NCBI RefSeq assembly: GCF_006345805.1 | Contig: NC_043010.1 | Span: 51,398,001-51,462,000, forward strand | Direction: 5' to 3' | Length of the DNA: 64,000 nt | Source: Octopus sinensis | Taxonomy: Eukaryota | In this document: positions 1 through 10,300 of the stretch, in pieces | How the letters are laid out: the number at the start of each line of letters is the position of its first letter | How positions within the stretch are numbered: position 1 is the stretch's first letter | Program-made: the position numbers and the translations under genes | Notes under the pieces: model-generated | Seen by the model: only the letters and a program-made list of their open reading frames with translations | The model's database searches: none | Told to the model about the DNA's origin: nothing

Positions 1-993
1 TTTCAGTTTCCGTCTACCAAATCCACTCACAAGGCTTTGGTCGGCCCGATGCTATAGTAGCAGACACTTGCCCAGTGCCACGCAGTGGGACTGAACTCGG
101 AACCATGTGGTTGGTACGCAACACACAGTAATACCTCACTTTAAGAGGACCCACCTTACAAGACCCCGAGTTTGCGAGTTTTATTATAAGCTTTTCAAGC
201 AAAAGATCGAAATTTTGAACGAAGTGCAAAAGTTTCTACTGCCATAACAAATAGACGGAGGTAAAGGATACGCACACCACCCGTTTTCGGCGTAACCCTA
301 ACCCTAAACACCGGGTGTGCGTATTCTTTACCATCACCAACAAATGCTTCTGCGTTTTACTGAGAAATTTATAGAGCGCGAAAAAAGGCTTCTAAGTGAA
401 CAAGAGGTTAGCCATGATAAGATGGCTTCTATACTTTACATTATCGAGCGATTACTGTTTCAATCTCATTCTGAGATTTAATTATGCTTACTGTTCGTTT
501 TTCGACATCAGTGGCAGATGCCATTAGAAAAACATATCTATTTGCAAAGGAGCCTTCTCTTTCATCGCTACCTGGTGGTTACCGCCCGTTGACGAGGGAC
601 AAAAATCCCGAAACTAGTTCGAGCGTATCACTCAGGCTTGCGAGGAAGGGATGGCCTCCCTTTGCAAATACTCCAAGGACACAGATATTGTGTCTAAAGC
701 CAGCTAGAGACGAAGATCTCTTGGGGCTATAAAGCTACAGTAACACCCCCTCCCCAATGTGGTTAGCCATGATAAGATGGCTTCTATACTTTACAATTCT
801 AGGCTTGTTTTTTAGAAAAGAAATGCACAGGTGATGGTGCGCGCGAGATTAATGCGAGTGAAAGGGATTCCAAAAACTATTATAAAAATATTTTTTATTA
901 TAAATGATCTTGACATTCTTTTTATTTTACATAAATTATTCTTGATTCTACAATTGTTTTATTGGAATTTATTTACGAGGATTATAAATGTTA

Positions 994-1201
994 TACTCTT
1001 TTACTTGTTTCAGTCATTTGACTGCGGCCATGTTGGAGCACCATCTTTTACTCGAACAATTCGACCCCGGGACTTATTCTTTATAAGCCTAGTACTTATT
1101 CTATCGGTCTCTTTTGCCGAACGGCTAGGTGACGGAGACATAAACACACCAGCATCGGTTGTCAAGCGATGTTGGCGGGGACAAACACAGACACATATAT
1201 A

Positions 1202-1235
<34 letters not shown>

Positions 1236-1684
1236 TAATAAATAAAATAAAACATATGCATATATATAAACATATATGTACGTACCTACCTCTACATGTA
1301 CATATACACGCATATATGAGTACAGGACACCAAAAGGACGTCGAACACAATGAGAAACGAAAACATAGACACAAACCAAAGGAACTGGACATTTTTTTTT
1401 TTAAACAACGAAAAAATAGAGTACAGGACAATTAACACAAAGAAAAAAAACCCTTCTTCAGTCGCTATGGTTTCATCTACTCTACGTTTCGAAGGATAAA
1501 AGCGAGACGTATCTTCGACAAGAAACTTTCCTTCCTGCGAAAAGCAAATCAATTAAAATACTGAGATCTTTTCGCAGAGGGGTAAAAAATGGTAACAAAA
1601 ACAGGACAGTAACGACAGTACAAGGAAAAACAAGATAAGAAGGGCTGTTAACGCCGAACGAAAAAAGTATTGCGAACGCGGATT

Positions 1685-1735
<51 letters not shown>

Positions 1736-1895
1736 CGACGGGCTTCTTTCAGTTTCCGTCTACCAAATCCACTCACAAGGCTTTGGTCGGCCCGAGGTTA
1801 TAGAAGACACTTGCCCAAAGTGCCACGCAGAGGGACTGAACCCGGAACCATGTGGTTGGTAAGCAAGCTACTTACCACACAGCCACTCCTGCGCC
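994..1895 (-). mobile_element. tRNA-derived SINE family A, interrupted by an insert of about 450 bp in its central TA microsatellite
   Basis: Sense strand has A box tggctgtgtggtaag, B box ggttcagtccc, ccttgggcaagtgtc core, microsatellite, and tail ...gactgaaacaagtaaaagagta. Confidence 0.9.
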
Positions 1896-2584
1896 TGAAG
1901 TTATGGGTAAAATATGTTCCTGGGAACGAATTCCGATTTATAACATTGCTACTATGGGAAATTATAGCTCTGCTTTACGAGTGGTCTCCGGGAACAAATT
2001 AACTCGTACATCGCGGCATTGCACACACGCACACGCAAAGGGAATGGCAATTTGTATATATAGTCTTTGATGTACTATGTCTGGCGAGAAAAAAAAAAAA
2101 ACAGAAATCAAGGTCACAACGTTTCTGATCACAGGCCTCTGTTCAGTCAAGGTTGACCTGGGACTAAAAAACATGTACTACGTAATTATAAACTAAATCA
2201 TGCATATATAATGAAAAATCGATGCTTACAAGGAATAACATTTTACTGTAGGAACTCAGGTGGAATAAGTAAGTAAGTAAAGACTTTAACAGTTTATCTA
2301 CTTCAGTTTAATGATGTTCAAATATGTAACCAGGATTGTTGCTTGAATTCTAGAGGAAGGAACGTTGTTTTTGACAGACTGACTGACTATCGACAATGAA
2401 TTTGTAAATAAGAAAGTCGTAGAAATGTACTTATAAACAAACTATTGATTAACATAAACATCTGTTTATTATATACAAGGGGAAGATCTTTGAAGAAAGT
2501 CTATCAAAACAAAATATTTGTTCGGTAATTTCCGTAATTGTTTTTTTTAAATATTTATTTCTGTTTATATGTATTTCTCTGTTA

Positions 2585-2967
2585 TTCTCTTTTACTTGTT
2601 TCAGTCATTTGACTGCGGCCATGCTGGAGCACCGCCTTTAGTCGAGCAAATCGACCCCCAGGACTTATTCTTTGGAAGCCTAGTACTGATTCTATCGGGC
2701 TCTTTTGCCGAACCGCTAAGTTACGGGGACGTAAACACACCAGCATCGGTTGTCAAGCGATGTTGGGGGAGACAAACACAGATACACAAACACACATATA
2801 TATACGACGGGCTTCTTTCAGTTTCCGTCTACCAAATCCACTCACAAGGCTTTGGTCGGTCCGAGGCTATAGTAGAAGACACTTGCCCAAGGTGCCACGC
2901 AGTGGGAATGAACCCGGAACCATGTGGTTGGTAAGCAAGCTACTTACCACACAGCCACTCCTGCGCC
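2585..2967 (-). mobile_element. SINE family A, near full length (partial copies at 1-128 and 3531-3624)
   Basis: Near-identical to the 994-1895 copy without the insert. Confidence 0.9.
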
Positions 2968-3624
2968 TATGTGTATGTAGTAAACATGTATGCACGTGTT
3001 TGTGTGCATGTATGTATGACACATACACAAAAATATATACATACACTTAGATACAAAAATATGCATGCATACATACATACAGAAACACATACAAACACAA
3101 AAAGTTCATAAACTTAGGGATTCACCCGAGACAAAAGAAATTAATTAATTTTTACGGTAATTGCTGAACAAATATACTTTCAGTTTTGATAGATTTTCTT
3201 CAAAAGATCGCCATACAAGGCTCTTCTATGTGCACCAGACCATTATGAAAAACATACACTTCACCACGCCTACCAAAAGGAATGAATTTTTTAAAGTTTT
3301 TTTTCCTTCGTTTATCGAAGTTTTTGATATTTTTCATTTAACAACCTCTACTTTTTTTTAGTTTAAGCTGACTACCTCTATGTATCAAAAGCAGGAAAGA
3401 CCTCCACCCCATTTTCTCCGAAATTTGTTTATTTTTGTAATTTTTTTTTTTTTTTTTGCCAAAAATACCCGTTTTCGGATACGGAGGTTCCGGAGAATTG
3501 CCAAAAATCGGCATTGTGAAATTCTACAAAGAAGACACTTGCCCTGGGTGCCACGCAGTGGGACTGAACCCGGAACCATATGGTTCATAAGCAAGCTACT
3601 TACCACACAGCCACTCCTACGCCT

Positions 3625-4812
3625 ATTATTTTAATTATTTTAAACATTTAAAAAAAAAAATTATCTGATCATACAGATATAGACTTGCCCAAATGCGTCA
3701 ATAAATTAACATTGATATTTTTTCACCGTTGTTAATCATCTGAAATGGAACTGTCAAAGAGCGATATTCGAGCAATTTTGCTACACAACATCAAAAAAAG
3801 ATGTAAAGCAGCTAAAACTGCTCGCGATATCAACGAAATGTTTGGTAAGGAAATGACCAGTAAGTGGTCAGCTCGAAAATGGTTTTAACGATTTCGCAAT
3901 GGAGACCTGAGCCTTGAAGATCATGAGCGTAGTGGACGGCTGTCATCGATAACGGTCAATTGAAGACCGTCATTGAGAAAGATCCACGTGAAACCACTCG
4001 AGAACTGGCAATAGAACTTCACGTTAGCCAGAAAACTGCCTACAACCATTTGCATGCGATAGGAAAATCAAAAAACCTCGACAAATGGGTACAACACGAT
4101 TTGAATGAAAATCAGAAAATGCGCAGATATGAAGTTTGCTCGTCGCTTCTTCCCCGTGACCAAACCGATTCATTTCTCGACTGTATTGTAACTTGCGATG
4201 AAAAGTGGATTCTGTACAATAACAAAACACGTTCTTCGCAGTGATTGAACCAAAATGAAGCACCGAAAACCTTCCCTAAACCTGAGCTCTTCAAAAAGGT
4301 TATGGTGACTGTTTGGTGGTATATTGCTGAACTCATCCACTATAACTTCTTAAAACCCGGAAAAACCATTACTGCAGAAACATATTGCCATGAAATTGCT
4401 AAAATGAACGAAAAATTGCTACTCCTCCATCCCAGATTGGTCAACAGAAGAGGGCCAATCATTCTTCATGACGCTCCAAAAGTTAAGGGAACTTGGTTAC
4501 GAAGTTCTTCCCCACCCAGCTTATTCCCCCAGACATTTCTCCTACCGACTACAACTTTTTCAAGCACCTTGATGGTTTCTTGCGAGAGAAGGAGTTCAAA
4601 AATCAAACCGATGCTGAAAGTGCGCTCAAAGAGTTCATCAGCTCCAGGACTCCAGACTTTTATGTTACCGGAATAAATAAATTTGTAACTCACTGACAAA
4701 AATGTTGATTGTAATGGTACTTACTTTGATGAATAAAATTTCTGCATTGTTGAAATATATTGTGATGAATTTCATATTTCAAAACGTTGCTTACTTTTTA
4801 CTCAGCCTGACA
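3625..4812 (+). mobile_element. Decayed mariner (Tc1/mariner, D,D34D-type) transposon, transposase pseudogene
   Basis: ATG 3745 MELSKSDIRA...; HTH region, IVTCDEKWILY, YSPDISPTDY motifs; in-frame stops and frameshifts; right TIR about 4780-4812 followed by TA; left TIR not found. Confidence 0.92.
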
Positions 4813-5314
4813 TATTTAAACCTAACACTGTTCAATTTATGTCCTGACCCCATTTTTTTAAAGACGTGGGGTATGTTTTAACGAAATTTGTCTTACTGCT
4901 TCTTGAGGGTGAGCGCTCCGTAGCTGTTTCCAGGTTGGTTCACTTCACCAGCCGACATGGGTCAAGCAAGGTGTAGCTATTGCGAGTTCTATTATAATTC
5001 TATTGACATTAATCATGGGCTGTTTGATTTATTTTTTCAGCGTACAGTTTTCATCCCACTACCAAGTACGACATCACCCCTTCCTTTCTCATTCATAAAC
5101 GCAAGAGTATTATTATAGTAGATTATCTTGGTAACCATGTGAGCTATGAAGAAAAAAATACAAAGCCCAGCATCACCATCGGATCATTCTACCCATCTGT
5201 GTAATTTTTCGCGCAATTTCACCCAGTCATTTGACCGTGAATCCCAAGACAAAAAAGAATCGCCCATGTCAAATTATATGTACAGAAGATATTGCATGCA
5301 TGCATGCACACACA

Positions 5315-5371
5315 CATATATATAATTTATATTGCATATATATGATTTATATTGCACGCACACACACCACA

Positions 5372-5414
<43 letters not shown>

Positions 5415-5770
5415 AAATTTATATTGAACATATATATATTTGTATTGCACATATATAATTTATATTGGATATATATGTAATTTATATTGGATATATATAT
5501 AATTTATATTGCATATATATATGTAATTTATATTGCATATATATATGTAATTTATATTGCATATATATATGTAATTTATATTGCATATATATAAAATTTA
5601 TATTGCATATATATAAAATTTATATTGCATATATATATATATGTAATTTATATTGCATATATATAAAATTTATATTGCATATATATAAAATTTATATTGC
5701 ATATATATAATTTATATTGCATATATATAATTTATATTGCATATATATATATATAATTTATATTGCATAC
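5315..5770. repeat. AT-rich minisatellite (aatttatattgcatatatat variants) with a CA run
   Basis: Variable units of about 19-25 bp; source of the IYI-type spurious ORFs. Confidence 0.9.
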
Positions 5771-8700
5771 ACACACACATACAAGTGAGTGGACAAACAA
5801 AAGAAAGTAGCTCAAAATATTTAGTTGGAATTACATGACCTAACCACGTCAGGCATGTTCTCTAGATCAAAATAAATTAGCATTGGGCCCCTGGTGGACT
5901 CACAAATCTAGTGTCCCGCATAGTGTCCATGCATACTACCCAGCATGCCCATGCTTTAGGACAGAACTTTTGCCAGATTTCTGTGAAAGTAGTTGTGATT
6001 ATGTAGATTATGGGTTCGCAGTCTATTACTGAGAACACATACTATTTGTGTAAAGTGTTTAGCTCCACGTGGACTCCCTGCCTGTAAGCAAAGACGGTAG
6101 AATACATGACAAACCAATTATATATAAGAGGGGATCTGGAGAAATCTGGCCGATATTTCTAATAGGTCGTATGTATTAAAATAAAGCTGCTATGTCGTTA
6201 AGAAGCTCGATGTGTAACCATATGGTTTCGGGATCAATCCCATTGCGCTGCACTTAGGACAAGTGTATTTTACGGTAGCACAGGACCGGCAATGCCCTGA
6301 GTGAATTTGGTAGGCGGAAACTGTATGGAAGCCCACCATGTGTATATATGTGCGCGTGCACTACTCCTTGACAACCAGTATTGGCAGATCGGCAAAAAAA
6401 AAGAAAAAAAGCCGATACATTAAAGTAACAGACTTCAAAATACTAAGTACAGGGGTTGATTTTTTTTCCGACTAAAACCCTTCAAGGCGGTGTCCAAGCA
6501 TGGTTGCAGTCCAATGACTGAAACCGGAGGTGAATAAGAGAGATAAAACAAACATACTGGAGATTTTCTTCCTTGACTTTCGTGTTTGTTCCTCCTCGGC
6601 TGTGAAATAAACTCCAGAATGAAACGAAACTTGGATCAACTGGAAAAAAACATTGAGCTCTTGATAGTTGTTGCTGTCTCAAGTCAGTCCTGAAAGAGAC
6701 GAGCTATGATCAAGGATATTTTCAGCCGTAACAATCCCACCTTTTTCCTGTGCTGGGCAATCAGGACCACATTAAACAACGTGTCCTTTTCTAAAGCAGT
6801 GGGGGAAATGGGGTACGTGTGAGGATGGGGGGGCTTAAAACGATTTGACTGCTATTTCCAGCAGACAGAGCAACAACGTAGAGGCTTTCTAATGGTGGAG
6901 TGCGAAGATAAGATATTTTCAGTGCAAGCTTGTTTAGTTCAAGTCAGCAAACTTTTGATTAGATATTCTAGCCGGGACCATAGGGTTAATATTTTTTTTA
7001 TTATGGTCCAGGTGTTCACATGTTTTGTATACTATGTATATAGTCTCCCTTTCAGGCAATCATCTTTTTATGTAAATCCTACCACCACTACCACAAATTG
7101 TGAGCTGTCCTTGTAATATCCCCCACTTTTTCTGATGCCTCTGTGGCCTAAAAAAGAAATCATTGTTATTATGACAAGGACTGGCAAAATCCTTGGAACG
7201 TCAGCAAAAGTGCCTTACGGTATTTCTTCAGGATCTTTACGTTCTGAGTTCAAATCCCGATAAGGGTCAACTTTGCTTTTCCTCTTCCTTAGTCGATAAA
7301 ATAAAGTACCGGTCTAGTACTGGGGTAGATATAATCGACTCACCCCTTCCTTTAAAACTGCTGGCCTTGGGCCAAAATTGTTATTATTATCACCACCATC
7401 ATCATCATAGGTGGCAAAGCAGACAGTCGCTAGCACGCCAAACGAAATAGCAGCATTCCATCGGTCTTTACGTTCTGCGTTCAAATTCCTCCGAGGACAA
7501 CTTCGCTTTTTATCCTAGAGAAAATAACACATGAACACCGGGGCCGATTTAAACAACTTATCCCCCCCCCTTCAAAATTGCTGGCTTTATGCCAAAATGT
7601 GAAACTATCAATCATCAGACAGTCTCTCTTGACTACAATAAGCAACATGTCCGTTTGTGAAACAGAGCATGTAAATAGGAGGACGATTTGGCTGTCATTT
7701 CTAGCAAATGCAGTGACCCCGTAGAGGTTCCCTTGTTGAAGCGCCCAAGCGTACAAGGGAGGCGAAATGGCGGTGACGCCTTAAGTTTTGCCTGTAAAAT
7801 ATCTTGAAGTATAGAGTTTGTTGACTGGAAAATATTTTCTATATAAATAATATGCAATCGAATGGGTTGGGAAAAAAAAAACCTTGGATGAAAATTATTG
7901 TTATTTTTTCTTCAACAAATGTACTTTTAGGGACTAAAAAAAAACCCATTTTCTTTCTACACCTTATAAATATAAAAGAACTGCTTTTGTATCTTCTAGA
8001 TTTTATTGACAAACTTTATCGGATTAGCTGAAAATATAGTATTACAGGAGAAAGAAAAAGATGCGTAATTCTTTATATGATTGCGTAAAATATTTCCTTG
8101 TACTTTATTGATTTTTTTTATTATTATTGTGTAATGTTTTGTTTTCCAACTAAAACTTGTCTATCCAGAACCATGTTAACAGCAGTATAACTACCGCCAC
8201 CAACCCCAAACAAAGCAATGCATTGGGATCTATAATATTTATTTATTGATATCAAAAACCACAAACATAGATTAGCATAGATAGAACATAACATAGATAA
8301 ATAAGCACTAGTCCCAGCGATGCTTCAGAAAAGCTATTGTTACCCCCATGGGGAACGAAAAGGGCAAGGAATTGAATGGCTGTTTCCTTTATTTTTTTTA
8401 ATATTTGTGTTTCATACAACAGCAATTACGACTGTGAAAGAAAAGAATGGTGCCCCTAAACTTTTAATTATTATTTTTTTTTTTTTTCCTTTTTACATCC
8501 TTCCCTCCCAACTTCGTTCTCTTTTCCTTTTCCACGAGGTAATGAAAAAGCCATTCCGAAACTCAGCCCTGGGCCCTTAATAAACTCGTGAGCCCCCCCC
8601 CCCCCCGAACAACTTGTCCAAAAGTGTGCCCGTGCTTTAATAAACACGGCACTGAAAGGCATAGTGAAAGCGTGATTAAATTTAAGGTGGACTCGGTTTT

Positions 8701-8808
8701 TTAGGAACTCGACATTTACTATAACAATTATACGTAACAAAAACATGAACACACATACATAACCACACAACATAAGTCACAATACATTATTAAATAAACT
8801 TTACTTAC

Positions 8809-9900
8809 CTTCGAAGATGATATACGAGGTTCCTCTGCCCTGTCTACCTATCTCTACCTGTCTATATATATCTATATATATATATAGTATCTCTCTTTAA
8901 AACTTATGCTTGTGAAGCATGTTTTATTTACCGTGTCTACCTAGATGTTGTGGATATATGTGGGTAGATATATAAATATATATACTCCAAAATTTGAGAT
9001 ATATATAAAAAAAATCTATGTTTGTGTGCGTAGGTATAACAGTAGATGTTTATGAAGGACCGTGAGTGCAGTTCCGTTTGTTTATATTAAATAAATATGT
9101 TTCGTGTATATGATGTTAGCAACATATAACAGTATGCGCGTGTGTGGGGGGGCCTATGTGTATGCAGAGAGTGAAGTATATGTATGTATGTATCTATCTA
9201 TATATATAGAGAGAGATATATATAACAAGAATATAAACAATTTGTAGAAATTCTGATGTATGTAAATTTAGTACAAACATATACTAAAAAAACCGCTCCT
9301 TAATCCGGTCAACGAAGATGACAGTCAAGTTGGTATATATATATATATTTATATAAGTTGTTGAAAGCAATGCAGAAAGTACTTTTTTTCTCTCTTAGAT
9401 ATTTCGGCAAATTGAGTATCGGTTTGTTCGAAAAAAGAAACAACACATGTATATAATAAATGTGTGTGAGTATATATATATATATGTGTGTGTGTGTCTA
9501 TATTAAACACACATTCCGTTGGTTTGTTTAATCGTAAGTTTTGCTGCAGGGAACGAAAGAGCTGTGTGCTTGGCTGAGTGGCTTGAGACTGATTGAGGTG
9601 CTGCTTAATCTATGAAATACAGAGAGGTGGTGTGTACGAGTGTTTTTAGCTTCTGTGTCTGTGATAAAAAGCGTGCTTGGTGGAGACGGCGAAAAAAAAA
9701 AACACGGATATTAACTGTTTATGTGGTGGAGGTGGCGGCGGCAGGGATATTTACTGTTCGTGTAGCGGTAGTGGTGGCAGCGGCGGCAGGCAGGGATATT
9801 AACTCTATTAAGGTGAGGGCGGCGGCAGCGGAGGCGGGGGCAGCGGCGATGGTTGATTCTCACTGCGATAGTCACGGTGGAGTGGCGGTGATGGTGGTGG
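8809..9900 (-). promoter_or_regulatory. Putative promoter or non-coding first exon of a leftward gene outside the window
   Basis: Consensus donor GAAG|GTAAGT at 8809/8808; region lacks recognisable TEs; CpG/GGC-rich patch at 9680-9900; no coding frame seen. Boundaries are speculative. Confidence 0.3.
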
Positions 9901-10300
9901 TGCTAGTGAGACGGTAATACGGTAGAGGCGACGGCAATAGCGATGATGATGATGATGAACGTAACAAAATGATGGTGATCGTGACGGAGACGACGGCGAT
10001 AATGATGCCGGTAGCACAGATGATGATGGTGGTGGTGGCGGTGTTGTTGCCGGCGTCTACAATGGTGGTGATGATAGTGATGGCGACGGTGATGAGAGAG
10101 CTCACCACCATCTGACGCAACAGAATATGTTGTGACGTCACAGCTGTAGAGGTTTAAAAGACAGAGTTGAGCTTGACGATGATGATAATGATAGTGATGG
10201 TGTTGATGGTTATAGTTATAATAAAGCTGGTGACGGAACTGTTAGCATTAGTGTTGGCGGTGGTAGTGGTGACAATGGTGCTGCTGACGATGATGATGTA
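9870..10300. repeat. Degenerate (GAT/GGT)n low-complexity tract
   Basis: Runs of gatgatgat and ggtggtggc; explains the V/M/T-rich ORFs on both strands. Confidence 0.85.

Noticed and set aside
293-307. Chromosome end or telomere
   Set aside because: Only 2.5 repeat units, embedded in a hairpin inside ordinary repeat-rich sequence.
1451-1495. Complete type II hammerhead ribozyme
   Set aside because: Core motifs are present, but stem I cannot form and GAAGGG pairs preferentially with TCCTTC; kept only as a weak lead.
1125-2002. Many 60-140 aa ORFs rich in [12 protein letters not shown] or CVCVCV (also near 5.2-5.7, 36.2-36.7, 50.7-51.3, 55.2-55.8 kb)
   Set aside because: Translations of microsatellites and SINE bodies; the same pseudo-peptides recur wherever the SINE does.
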